Shown: positions 24,722-37,763, numbered from the stretch's first letter. The stretch is 64,000 nucleotides of DNA from Chiloscyllium plagiosum (GCF_004010195.1 NC_057749.1:25149248-25213247); one strand, 5' to 3'. The notes: a model not told the origin generated them from the letters alone. Numbers and translations are program-made.

Positions 24722-25560
24722 ACAGAACACAGAACAGTACAGCACAGTACAGCCCTTCGGCCCTCAATGTTGTGCTGACCTTTTATCCTTCTCTAACATC
24801 AAACTAACCTACATACCCTTCATTGTACTAACTTCCATGTGCCTATCCAAGTGCCGCCTAAATGTCCCTAATGTATCTGACTCTACTATCACTGCTGGCA
24901 GTGCATTCCACACACCCACCACTCTCCATCTCTGACATCTCCCCTAAACCTTCCTCCAATCACCTTAAAATTATGCCCCCTGGTAATAGCCTTTTCCACC
25001 CTGTGAAAAGGTCTTTGAGTATCCACTCTATCTATGCCTCTCACCATCTTGTACATCTGTATCAAGTCACGTCTCATCCTCCTTTATTCCAATGAGAAAA
25101 GCCCTAGCTCCTGCAACCATTTTTCATAAGACATGCCCTCCAGTCCAGGCAGCATCCTGGTAAATTTCCTCTGCACCCTCTCTAAAGTTTCTACACCATT
25201 CCTATAATGAGGGGACCAGAACTGTGCACAATATTCCAAATGTGGTCTAACCAGAGCTTTATAGAGCTGCAGCATCACCTTGCGGCTCTTAATCTCAATC
25301 CTCCTGCTACTGAAAGGCGAAACACCATATGCCTTCTTGACAACCTAGTCAACTTGGTTGGCAACTTTGAGGGATCTCTGGACGTGGACCCCAAGATCCC
25401 TCTCTTCCTCCACACTGCCAAGAATGCTGCCTTTAACCCTGTAATCTGCATTCAAAGTTGACCATCCAAAATTAATTACTTCACATTTTTCCAAGTTGAA
25501 CTCCACCTGCCACTTCTCAGCCCAGCTCTGCATCCTGTCAATGTTCTGTTGCAACCTACA
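24722..25560 (-). mobile_element. CR1 LINE 3' ~840 bp
   Basis: WAEKWQVEFNLEKCEV...LYKALVRPHLEYCAQFWSPHY. Confidence 0.92.
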
Positions 25561-25674
25561 TCAGAATAAACATCACCTTTTCCTGTCAACTGTGAACTTG
25601 AAACATTAACTCTCCACAATGGCTACCAAACCTGAACTTCTGCAACAATTTCTTGTTTTTTTCTATTGTTTCCA

Positions 25675-27250
25675 GGCTAATGGATAGGCTAGCAGAATGG
25701 GCAGACACATAACAGACAAAATTCGATACAGAGAAATGTGACGTGATACATTTTGGCTCTAAGGGCAAACGTCTTCACACAGAGGGTGGTGCGTGTATGG
25801 GACGAGCTGCCAGAGGAAGTGGTGGAGGCTGGAACAATTACAACATTTAAAAGGCATCTGGATGGGTACATGAATAGGAAGGGCTTAGAGGGATGTGGGC
25901 CAAGTGCTGGCAAATGGAATTGGATTAATTTAGACTATCTGGTTGGCATGGACGAGTTGGACCAAAGGGTCTGTTTCCATGCTGTATATTTCTATAAATC
26001 TGTAAGGATGCAATGGGGCAAAATAAACTTAATGGCACGATTATATAGAGTTGTGCAATGACAAAAGGTACTGATGTCTGAAGCCCATATTGAAAATCGT
26101 ATGGGATCTTATGCTCTGATCCATTGAGTCTAAAGGCAGAGAAAGTAAGGCTAAAGTTTTATAAAGATCTGGTTGTGCCCCTTTGTATCCAATTCTGGTC
26201 ACTATACTTTAGGAATGATTTGGAGATGCCGGTGTTGGACTGGGGTGGACGAAGTTAAAAATCACACAACACCAAGTTAAGGTCCAACAGGTTCAACCAC
26301 CTGATGAAGGAGCAGCGCTCCAAAAGCTAGTGCTTCTAATTAAACCTGTTGGACTATAACCTGGTGTTGTGTGATTTATACTTTAGGAAGGATTTGATGG
26401 GCCTTGAGAAGTTGCAGAGGAGATTTCCCAGAATGCTTCCAAGGTTAAATGGTTTTGATTTGATTTGTTTCCCTAGGTTCAGTGAAAAGCTTTGTTCTGC
26501 GTGTGGTACAGGCAGATCATACCACGCAAAGTGCATTAGGGTAATAGAACGGAGTGAGGAATACAGTGTTCCAGCTGCAGAGAAGGTACACAATGAGCGA
26601 GATCAACAATAACTTTAAAATTTGAGAGATCCGTTCAGACGTTTAATAACAGCAGGGAAAAAGCTGTTCTTGAATCTGTTAGTCTGTGTGTTCAGGCCTT
26701 TGTATCTTCTCACCAATGGAAGAGGTTGGGAGAGATTATAACCGGGGTGGGAGGGGGCTTTAATGATGTTGGCTGCCTTCCTGAGGCAGTGGGAAGTGTA
26801 GATGGAGTCACTGGATGGAAGGTTGGTTTGTGTGATGGACTGGGCTGTGTTCACAAGGTTCAAGGTTATTTGGAGAATCTGAGGTTGCTCTCATTGGAGC
26901 AAAGGAGTTTCAAGGGAGATTCAATGGCGGCCATCAAAATCATTGTAGGCTTATGTAAAATGAATAGGGGGAATAAGAACCCATCACCAGATGGAACAGG
27001 CAATAGACAGCTACAGATTTACAGTTTTCGGCAAGGGATTTGGAAAGCCTAGAATGTGATGCCTATGAGGGTGGTGGAAGGGGGGAATGATCAAAGATTT
27101 CTAAAGGAAATTGGATGGGACATTGAAGGATGCAAAGTTGTAGGGCCACAGAGTTGAGGAGTGGGTCCAACTGGATTGCTCTGCAGGAAGCTGACATGGA
27201 CTAAATGGGCTGAATGGCCTTCTCCTCTGCTATAAATAAGCTCCATGATG
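25675..27250 (+). mobile_element. Old CR1 hosting an HER1 tail (25760-25997), a PLE fold-back (26223-26376) and a Rex fragment (26455-26855, minus)
   Basis: CR1 peptides resume across the inserts; PLE TSD TATACTTTAGGAA[TG]GATTTG at 26203-26222 and 26377-26396. Confidence 0.8.
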
Positions 27251-27299
27251 GTTTTAGGATGCGTGTGTCTCTAACTGGGTTAACTGATCAAGCAAGGCT

Positions 27300-27760
27300 G
27301 CTTTATTCTGATGGCGTCAAGCTTCTTGAGTGTTGTTGGAGCTGCACTCACCCAGGCAAGTGGGGAGTATTCCATCACACTCCTGACTTCAGTCTTGTTG
27401 ATGGTGGACAGGCCTTGGAGAGTCAGGAGGCACGTTACCCGTTGCAGGATTCCTAGCCTTTGACCTGCACTTGCATTATTTTTTGGTCCACTTCAATGTC
27501 TGGACAATGATAACTCCCCAAGATATTGATAGTGGGGCGCTCAGTGATGATAATGCCATTGAACGTCAAAGGGCGATGGTTAGATTCTCCCTTGTTGGAG
27601 ATGGTCATTGCTTGACATTTGTATAGTATGAATGTTAGTTACCACTTAGCAGCCCAAACCTGGATAGCGCTGCATTTAGGCATGGACTGCTTCAGTGTCT
27701 GAGGAGTTACAAATGGTGCTGAATGTTGAGATATCGTCAGCAAACATCCCCACACTGCCC
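27300..27760 (-). mobile_element. Fragment of the unclassified LINE also seen at 58700-60090
   Basis: GCTGCACTCACCCAGGCAAGTGGGGAGTATTCCATCACACTCCTGAC, shared with about 55790 and 59160. Confidence 0.75.
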
Positions 27761-29916
27761 TGATAGACAGCTACGTTAGAGGATTTGACAGCAAAATTGA
27801 ATGAGATTGAGTAACTTTGGTTGACTCAATATGTCCAGTCAACATGGGATACCAATCAACAATGTCAAATAAATGGTGATCAAACTGTGCAATGCTGCAT
27901 TCAGATTGTTACCTTGTCACTACAGGGGCTTAGTGGTTGGCACTGCTGCTTCACAGCACAAGGGATCCAGGTTCAATGCCACAATCGGGCGACTGCGTGG
28001 AGTTTGCATATTCTCCCCATGTCTGCTTTAATTGATAGCAAATGGGAAAAAAGCTGCAAGTTGGCAGGGATTTGAGTTCAGTCATGTGGGCAACTGGCAA
28101 AAAGAACAAAGAGAAAAGCAAGAGAAAAGGGAAAACAATAGCACAGACCAGCTTGCAGCTTGATCTCTAGATGAACGATGTTGTATGTACTTGGTTCTGA
28201 CTGGCGGAGACTCGATGGGCCTTTTTCAGTGCTACAGACATCTTTGACTTTCAGCAAGAAAGTACACCAAGGATGTCAGGGAAATCCGGAGAGAATAAGA
28301 GCTAAGAAAACTGCGAAATGGATGATAAATGGTGGTGGGAACTAAAGACCTAGTGATTTCCCAGGTGTGAGCGCCAGATATTGTTCGTGCTGTTAATGAA
28401 TAATAGCGACGGAGATTGCAAACAATATTATCAAACTCACAGGTTAACGGGTGAAACTGAAGTCTCGGGGTAAAATGGGTGGAGGGCAGAGGAACTACAG
28501 ATAACTTTGACTGAAGAGAAATCACTGGTGATGGAGTCAGCCCTGGGAATATACCACAGCATCAGCCTTGAATAGGAACAGAGAATCAAGAAACCAGAGA
28601 CCGTGATTAATTAGCTATTCATCGAGACAAGGTGGGTGGCCTTGATAAGGTAAAACTAGTCCAGGTTTCTGGTTTGAAACACTGCAGTCTATCTTTAAGA
28701 GTACTGGGGGTTTGAGCTCCAGTGATGTGGAACCATTGTACTAGTTTCAATGGATTTTTTTCTCCCTGAATGATTAACAAAGGCTAGTTTGAGAGGTCGG
28801 TTTTATCTGTCTCATTGTTTGGGGTGAGGGAAATTCCAGCCTTGAGCAACCTGATAGCTGCAATATATAGTTAGATCACAAGCCAACCATTATAAAGGAA
28901 GGGAATACATCAGACTTCAATACATGATTAGCCTCGTCTTTGCTATGACAATGAATTTTATAATTTCACACTTGCAGGGTGGAGATCAGATCACTACGAC
29001 AACCTTTAGGAGACGCAGGGCAATAACTTCATGACTTTATCTCAGACTGGGAGTTCCAAATCTTTCTCCATGGTTTCTAAACAAACATGCCAAAGGTCAA
29101 GCAACAAAGGTAGGCACTGTGTCGGTAATGCAGCTTTGAAATGTTCTTCTCCAGAGGACAATGATTAGAGACGTAGCATTGCACAGCACAGAAACAGACC
29201 CTTTGGTCCAACTCATCCATGCCAACCAGATACTCTAAATTAATCTGGTCCCATTTGCCAACAATTGGTCCATATCCGCCTAAACCCTTCCTATTCAGAT
29301 ACCCATCCAGATGCCTTTTAAATGCTGTAATTGTGCCAGCCTCCATCATTTCCTCTGGTAGCTCATTCTATACACGCACCACCCTCTGTGTGAAAATGTT
29401 ATCCCTTAGGTCCCTTTTGAATCTCTCTAATTTTGGAATCCCCTACCCTGGGAAAAAGACCTTGTCTATTCACCCTATCCAAACTCCTCATGATTTTATA
29501 AACCTCTACTAGATCACCCCTCAGCCTCCGATGATCCAGGGAAAACGACACCAGCCTATTCAGCTTCTCCCTATAGCTCAAATTATCCAACCCTGGCAAC
29601 ATCCTTGTAAATCTTTTCTGAACCCTTTCAAGTTTCACAACATTCTTCCTATAGCAGGCAGACCAGAACTGAACGCAATATTCTAAAAACGACCTAACCA
29701 ATGTCCTGTACAGCCACAACATGACCTCCTAACTCCTGTATCCAATACTCTGACCAATAAAGGAAAGTGTACCAAAAGCCGTCTTCACTATCCTATTCAC
29801 CTGCTACTCCACTTTCAAGGGATTATGAACCTGCATCTAAGGTCTCTTTGTCCGGCAATATTCCCCATTTACTGTATAATTCCCGCCCTGATTTGCCTTG
29901 CCAAAATGCAACACCT

Positions 29917-30147
29917 GTTGAAACTTTATTGCTGGAACAGCACAGCAGGTCAGGCAGCATCCAGGGAACAGGAGATTCGACGTTTCGGGCACAGGCCCTT
30001 CTTCAGACCCTTCTGTTTCCTGAAGAAGGGCCTGTGCCCGAAACGTCGAGTCTCTTGTTCCCTGGATGCTGCCTGACCTGCTGTGCTGTTCCAGCAATAA
30101 AGTTTCAACTTTGATCTCCAGCATCTGCAGACCTCACTTTCTCCTCT
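29917..30147. mobile_element. Young fold-back PLE terminus with two hammerhead cores
   Basis: 90-bp arms (29917-30006 and 30020-30109) with 2 mismatches by eye; TSD AAAATGCAACACCT at 29903-29916 and 30148-30161. Confidence 0.92.
30017..30050 (+). ncRNA. Minimal hammerhead ribozyme motif, core intact
   Basis: TTC-CTGAAGA-A-GGGC-CTGT-GCCC-GAAA-CGTC-GAG. Confidence 0.7.
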
Positions 30148-30494
30148 AAAATGCAACACCTCACAATAATCTAAATAAAACTCCATCTGCCACTCGTCAG
30201 CCCAAGCTCCTGTTACACTCTGAAACAACATTGTGAAAGCAGATCAGTAAAAGTCACACTGATAAGATTAACACTGTGTTGGAGACTAAATAAAGGTTGA
30301 CTGGTGTCAAAGCTATTTCCTGATCAACCTCCGAGAGATATTCTTACACACTTCTAGAATAGGTGGGACTTGAGCCTGGCCCTTCTGGCTGAAAGGTCGG
30401 GACATTACCACTGCACCAGAAGAAAGACTTTCAAAATCCTCGGTTGTTATTCCCCTCAAAACTATGTTACACCATCACAGTGAATGGTAGACAT

Positions 30495-31305
30495 AATGTG
30501 GAGGTGCCGTGTCGGACTGGGGTAGACAAAGTCAGAAGAGACATGACACCTGGTTGTAGTCCAACAGGTTTATTTGAAATCATAAGCTTTCGCAGTTCTG
30601 CTCCTTCATCAGGTGAAATGGAGAGAAGCACACAGGCACAGAGTTTATAGACGGAGAGACCATTGCAACATTATTCCAGGTAATTAAGAGTGTCAAAAGA
30701 CCATACAAATGGTGTAAGTGGAGTGTCAAGAGGCTGAATACCAAGTCTCTGCAGGTGATTAAGAGTGTCAGACGATGTGAGTAAAGTGTCAACAGCTGCA
30801 TGGCAAGTGAAGGGATGACCTATAATCGGATAAGTTGAGGCACAGAGATAGTTACAAAAAATTAAAAATAAGGTGATGCTGGAGACAAACCAAATGACTA
30901 GAATAACATGGTAGGTACAGGAGTTACATGCCAAGGTTCTAACCAAAGTAACAAGTAATCCAAAACTGTACAAACTAATTAAGGTAGAGAGATCATGACA
31001 AGTTATCATGGTGATGATATCAAAACAGGATAGTAAGGAAGATTTCACAGATACAGAACAATATGATGGGGTCACATGAATAGCGACATGAACCCAAGAT
31101 CATGGTTGAGGCCGTCTTCATGGGTACAGAACTTGGCTACCATTTTCAGCTCTGCGATTCTACGTTGTTGTGTATCTCAAAGACCGCCTTGGAGGATACT
31201 CACCTGAAGATCAGAGGCTGAACGTCCCTGAACGATGAAGTGTTCCCCGATGAGGAGGGAACATCTATGTCTGAGCGATTGTTGCACAGTGTCCATTCAT
31301 CTATG
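30495..31305 (-). mobile_element. PLE 3' end: GIY-YIG C-terminus, long UTR and family B terminus
   Basis: Minus-strand peptide IGEHF...DLQVSILQGGL...KFCTHEDGLNHDLGFMS; CTGATGA on the minus strand at 30612-30606. Confidence 0.85.
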
Positions 31306-32469
31306 GATTGCGCTCATGGAGGTCCTCAGCATTAACCCTTTCAGACCCTGATACTACAGCTTGTGCCATCATCCTCATGATCTGGAACTTTGTTAAGGAG
31401 AGAAAACAGATTTAAAATAATGAGTAAGATGATGAGGTATGCATTCCTTTCCAGTAGTGATCTGGATCGCAAAGCCTGGAAAAGATGATGGAAACAGATT
31501 GAACAGTATCGGTCAAAAATGAATCAAATCTAAACTCCAAAAAGGGATCATTTCCAGGGTTGTGTGGTGCAGAGGGGGGGGAGATCTAACTGAACAACAC
31601 TGTCAAACAGTCAGGCTTGGCACAGTGGGCCAAATGGCCTCATCTGTGCTATGGAGTGCTGCAATTTTGAGTTTTTCCAGTACACCATCAAAAACAAATT
31701 AACTTGTCACATACGAACCTGATACAGAAATTCGAGTTTCTCGAGAGCATTACCAAATCATTGGCAGGGAATCCACGTTCCGTAACATGAATAAAAGAAA
31801 ATTTAGGAGCATTTACAACAGAATTTGAGCTGATTGCAGTCATGTAATATTTAAATATTAGATCTTTGCACATTTAAGCAATCAAATTGCTTGTTAATTC
31901 TTCTCGATAGCACAAAGGTACCTGTTGTTAAATTATAGTTTGCAGATACAGCATTGATGTATTTTCGGCTGAGATTTATGCACTTGTGTTATGAAGAAAT
32001 GGATGTCTGTGGTGGACATTGTTTTGAAATAAATCACAGATGTTTCTGTTGTTGCCAAGCATGGTGTAATGCAAGCGAGCAAATCATCACAACATTAACT
32101 TGATGACTTACTTCATGATGAATTCAATGGCCCCACGAGGGTGGTTCTCATTTTGTTGATTGAGAGTTGGGACACTCGCTTGGTTTGGAGTGTTTCAGGC
32201 AGCTGCTGTGGGAGCTTCTCTTTGGTCTGTTGTGTCTTTGACAGACTCCGGCCCTGCCCGCCAAGCAGGAAGTAGGGAGGTGGGAGCCGGAGGGGGTTGG
32301 GTGGGTGTATAAATTTGCGTCGGAATGCTTAGTGTCTCAAACATGGAGGGTAAAGACTGCGACAAGGGTTGGATCTGGTCACGCAGGGCGGGAAGTTAAA
32401 CATCAGCCCTTCACATGGACTGGAATTGGGTGCAAAATTACCACTTGGCAAAGGACGAGAGGTCTTGCA

Positions 32470-33060
32470 TTCATAGATTTTACATGGACCTGACGTTTTA
32501 TGTTGTTTTACAGCCCATGTTGTACTCAGCATTTCTGGAGTGCAGTCACGGTTACAATGTAGTGGCAAATATGTGCACAGCAAGATCCCACAAACAGCAA
32601 CCTGCTCAGCACCAGATAATCCGATTTGAACGAGGGATAATCATTGGACCAGCCATCCAGGGGAGGACACGCAAGTGGATCAGTGGTTATCACCGCTGCC
32701 TCAAAACGCCAGGGACCTGGGTTCGATTCAACCTCGGGTGACTGTATGGAGTTTGCACGTTCTCCCTGGGTTTCCTCTGGATGCTCTGGTTTCCTCCCAC
32801 AGTCCAAAGATGGGCAGGTTTGGAGGATTGGCCATGCTAAATTGTCCATAGTGTCCAGGGATGTACAGGCTAGGTAGATTATCCATGGGAAACACAGGTT
32901 TACAGGGATTGGGTAGGGAATGAGTAAGATCCTTTCAACCTATCCAAGAGAACAGTCAGTTTGATATCTCATCTAAAAGCCAGCACCCCTGACAATGCAG
33001 ACCTCCCTCAGTGCTGGGGTACCATGTTCCAATATGAAGCTTGAATGGGAACCTGGTGAC
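32470..33060 (-). mobile_element. DeuSINE/SacSINE1-like relic interrupted by HE1 (32680-32920, plus)
   Basis: GTGCACAGCAAGATCCCACAAACAGCAA and CAATGCAGACCTCCCTCAGTGCTG motifs, recognised from memory. Confidence 0.5.
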
Positions 33061-33329
33061 TAGACTTGAACAGTTAGTTTAGCCATGGAGGCTTTCCCAG
33101 GTCTAGTGGTACTTGATTCCAATGCTAGCTTCTCCCTGGAGCAGGGTGTAAGCCTCACCATGGAGGCTCTCCCATTCATACCAACTGCCATTGATGTATC
33201 CAAATGTTTTGCTGGTTGATCCATAAAGGAGACAATACAGGGTCCCCAGTGGCTGTGCAGCAAACCAGCAAGACCCCCATCACTAACAGTAAACTCCAGA
33301 GAATCAAATGTACCACCCACATACTCAGC

Positions 33330-33785
33330 CAGATATACACAGACACACAACCATATTTGCCAATATACACAAACACGGGTATGTACACACTCCCACCCGT
33401 GGACACTGATATATACAAGAACACATACTCATCCATAAACACAGACACGAATATACCACATGGGCATGAATAAACCACATGGGCATGAATATAAACACTC
33501 AACAGAGTAGACAGAGACACAGACAGACACTGATATATAGACAAACAAACAGAGATTTACAGACACACACCCACACATGCACTCTCGCACACACACACGC
33601 ACTCATGCACACACATGCACTCATGCACACACACACTCACACAGACACAGACATAAAACCCCACACACACACAGACACCCGCATACACAGACATACATAT
33701 ACACACACACACACAGATACATACACAAATATACACACACAGGCACATACACACACACACAGACATAGACACACACATAGATATG
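33330..33785. repeat. CA-rich degenerate microsatellite
   Basis: Direct reading; includes a 19-bp tandem duplication ACCACATGGGCATGAATA near 33455-33492. Confidence 0.9.
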
Positions 33786-34344
33786 AAACAATCTGTCTTT
33801 GCTGGAAGGAAGTAGAAGGACAAAGTTGCCTTCAGACAGTGTGGACAGAGTCTGGCTGAGTACAATACCTTTGGAAGAATTTGCACAATCTATTGGCGGA
33901 ACATTGTAAGGAAGGCAGTGCCAGATACTCAACAAAGCTGGATGCACCAAAAAAGGTAAAAAGAGGGGTTTTCACAGTCTGAGTTCTTAGATTCCATGCC
34001 AGGGGGAGACAGAGAAGCTTAATCAGGATCGATTAGCCACAGACTGGGATGTGTTTCTTTCTATAAACAGGATTTCAGAGAGGTTACAGGAGGTAGGGGA
34101 AGACTTGCAGCACCAGAGTAACTACTGCAGAATAGCATGCAATGGACTCTGACAACAGGAGCTTTGAATTGCTAAACTAGATGCAAAAAGTCACATAAAC
34201 CAAATCATTTATAGAGACAGAAGGGATGGAGAGAGAGGTCAGCAACTAAAATGGAATGAAAGCAGCAGAACCATAATGTACACAAAAAGTTTGGGGAGAT
34301 AGTGGCATGATGGTACGGTCACCAAACCAGGTCCTCAGAAGAGT

Positions 34345-36440
34345 GTAAGAAATAAGAACATGAGTAGGCTATTCAGCCCTTCAAACCTGGGCCACTGTTC
34401 AATAGGATCATGGCCATTTCGACATTCACATGTCCCTGTAACTCTTGGTTCTCTGACTGATCAAGAATTCATCTATCTCAGCCTTAAATATACACAAGGA
34501 CTCTGCCCCTGTCACAGTCAAGGGGTTCCAATGACTCACAATCCACTGAGAGAAGAAATTCTTCCTCATCCCAATCTTAAATCAGTGCTCTTTTGTTCTG
34601 AGACTGTAACCTCTGGTCCTAGACTGTCCCACAAGGAGAAACAATCTTTCCACATGTACCCTTTCAAGATGCCTGCGTGTTTCAATAAGGTCGCCTCTCA
34701 TTCTTCTACACTGTGGGTGGCACGGTGGCACAGTGGTTAGCACTGCTGCCTCACAGTGCCAGGGACCTGGGTTCAATTCCCAGCTCGGGCAACTGACTGT
34801 GTGGAGTTTGCACATTCTCCCCGTATCTGCGTGGGTTTCCTCCGGGTGCTCCGGTTTCCTCCCACACTCCAATAATGTGCAGGTTAGGTGAATTGGCCAT
34901 GCTAAATTGCCCGTAGTGTTAGGTGGATTAGTCATGGGTAAATATAGGGAGGTGGGTTTCTTTACGGAGGGTCGGTGTGGACTTGTTGGGCCGAAGTGCC
35001 TGCTTCCAGACTATAAGTAATCTAATCTGTAATCTAAACTCCAATTAAGTTTAGGCCTAATTGTCCTCAAAAGAAAATCTACTGAACCTTCTCTGTTCTG
35101 CTTTCAATGCTAATACATCTCTCCTTAGATAAAGGGTCCAAAACTCTCATAGTACTCTGTTCGCTTTCCCTATTACCACTGAATTATCATAGAATCCCTA
35201 CAGTGTGGAAACAGGCCATTCGGCCCAACAAGTCCACCCCGACCCTCTGAAGAGTAACCCACCCAGACCCTACCCTATTATCCAATATTTACCCCTGACT
35301 AATGCACTTAACCTACACATCCCTGAACACTATGGGCAATTTTAGCACGGTCAATTCACCTGACCTGCACATCTTTGGATTGTGGGAGGAAACCAGAGCA
35401 CCCAGAAGAAACCCACGCAGACACGGGGAGAATGTGCAAACTCCACGTGGTTGCCCGAGGCTGGAATCAAACCCAGGTCCCTGACGCTGTGAGGCAACAA
35501 TGCTAACCACTGAGCCACTATGCCACCCTTTTGGATATTAGCTTTTGTGAGTCAGGCATGAGGACATGCACGCCCCTCTGTTCTGTAGCTTTCTGCAGTC
35601 TTACTCCATTTAAATAATATTTAGCTCCTCTATCCTGAAGAAAGATTACATCCAAAATGTCAACTTCTCCACCTTCTGATGCTGTATTCTGATGCCTCCT
35701 GCTTGTCTACCTTGGATTCCAGCATCTGCAATCACTTTTGCCTCGATTCTTCATGGCAAAATGTGTAATCTCATGTAATCCATAACCAAGTTTTTGTCCA
35801 GTCACTTGACCTGCCTATCTCTATACCTCAAAACTTAACTTTCCAACTATTTTTATATCATAGAGTCAGACAGCATGGAATCTTGACCCTTCGGTCCAAC
35901 TAGCCCATGCTGAACACAATCCCGAACTAAACTAGTCCCACCTGCCTGCTCCTGGCCCATATTCCTCCAAACCTTTCCGATTCAGGGACTTATCCAAATG
36001 GCTTTGAAACGTTGTAATTGTAGCTGTATCCACCACTTCCTCAGGAAGTTCATTCCACACACGAACCACCCTTTGTGTAAAAGATTTGCCCCGCATCTGC
36101 AAAGTTAGCTACAGTAGAGTCACTTTTCTCAACCAAATCATAAGTATGTATTGTAAATAACTGTGGTCCCAGCTCAGATCCCTATAGCACTCCACTAATT
36201 ACAGGTTGTCATCCTGAAAATGCACTTCTTATTCCAGCTCTCTGCCTTCTGTTAGTTAGCCAATTCTCAATCCATGTCAAGAGTGTGGTGCTGGAAAAGC
36301 ACAGCAGGTCAGGCAGCATCCGAGGAGCAGGAGAATCAATGCTTCCAGCATAAGCCCTTCATCAGGAATGAGGAATTCTCAATCCATGCTAATATACTGC
36401 TTCCAATACCACATACTCTTATCTTATTAAGTAGCCTTAT
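34345..36440 (-). mobile_element. CR1 fragment with multiple nested insertions (HE1 34716-35030 plus; HE1 35188-35527 minus; PLE 35634-35745; HER1 35860-36092; PLE 36277-36373)
   Basis: RRMRGDLIET...SRTRGYSL; perfect TSD AATTCTCAATCCATG at 36262-36276 and 36374-36388. Confidence 0.8.
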
Positions 36441-36997
36441 GTGAGATTCTCTAAGGAACGATAGTAGGGGTTAGTTACTCAACTGGAAATGGCATCCCGG
36501 TGGCAGACCAGAGTTCCAGATGGGACCAGAGCTGCTTTCAGGGAGAAGGAGATCACCCTGTAGATGGGACCCTCCTTCCCCAACACTCCCTAACCACACC
36601 ATGGTAACCTAGTTACATTTCAAAGAGTTGCAGTGAGAGCTCTTCCATCTTGAGAAACTATCCCCTTCATTTCCTCCTACTGCTGCCTTCAAAGCAAGGC
36701 AGATAGGGAGGGAGGGAGGGGGCATATTATCCTCAGAGTTAATACGCTTACACCTCCCCGCCCCACCCCGGTACTGGAGGGCAGTAGCTAACCCACCTCC
36801 CTCTGGCTTATAAACTTCTTGAAAGACACAGGCTGCCCAGCTGCATAGGCCCATTATATCTCACCATGACCCTCAAGCTCAATCCACTTACTTATGTATG
36901 TATTGTGGGTGTGCTGTCAATGTTGGTGCTCACTCAGCCTCTATGTTAAATGGGCAAATTAGAGTGGGCGTGGGCCTGTGGTTGGCTTAAGGTAAGC

Positions 36998-37390
36998 TAG
37001 AACATAGAACATTCCGGCACAGCACAGGACTTTCGGCCCTCAATATTGTGCCAACCTGTGAACCAATCAGATGCCCATCTAACCTACATTATTCCATTAT
37101 GATCCATATGTTTATCCAATGACCATTTAAATGCCCTTAAAGTTGGCGGGTCTACTACTGTTGCAGGCAGGGCATTCCACATGCTTGCTACTCTCTTGAG
37201 TAAAGAAACTACCTCTGGCATCTGTCCTTTTAAACAATTTAAATAAGTACATGATTAGGAAAGGTTGGAGAGATATATCTATCACCCCTCAATTTAAAGC
37301 TATGTCCCGTCAATGCTAGCCATCACCATCCGACGAAAAAGGCTCTCACTGTGCACCCTATCTAACCCTCTGATCATTTTGAATGTCTGT
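36998..37390 (-). mobile_element. CR1 3' end
   Basis: (TAGAACA)2 tail; same subfamily as 49780-51066. Confidence 0.8.
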
Positions 37391-37763
37391 AGCTGGGCAC
37401 TAACCCGATAATACATTCACCTGATGGGATGTGTAAAGTCCAGATATGACCAGACTGTCTGAGTTCCTCCAGCACTTTCTGCCTCCGTGCTATTAAAGAC
37501 AAACATAGGAGGGAGAGTAGGGGAGCAGGATTAGTAATTGCCCAGAGGGTCTGAATGGCCTCCTTTGAGCTGTGTTATGTGATTCTATGAGTTACACTTG
37601 CCCACAAATGCTTCAATGCGGTAACAGAATGGGGGGCACAGTTGCCTCACAGCGGCAGGGATCCAGGTTCAGTTCCAAACTTGGACGACTGTCTGCATGG
37701 AGTTCGCAAGTACCCCCCGCGTCTGCATGGGTGTGCCCCCACTTCCTCTCATAGTCCAAAGGT

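Larger units (their letters stand above)
29165..30210 (-). mobile_element. HER1/CR1 LINE 3' fragment
   Basis: LYRTLVRSFLEYCVQFWSACYRKNVVKLERVQKRFTRMLPGL. Confidence 0.92.

Noticed and set aside
28978..29108. AG...GT-bounded segment
   Set aside because: Stops in all three frames; a non-coding exon cannot be supported from sequence alone.
29917..30109. miRNA precursor or DNA-transposon MITE
   Set aside because: The hairpin is explained by inverted PLE termini: asymmetric arms and a 14-bp TSD, unlike typical MITE superfamilies.
33176..33950. His/Thr- or Cys/Val-rich ORFs
   Set aside because: Translations of a CA/TG microsatellite.
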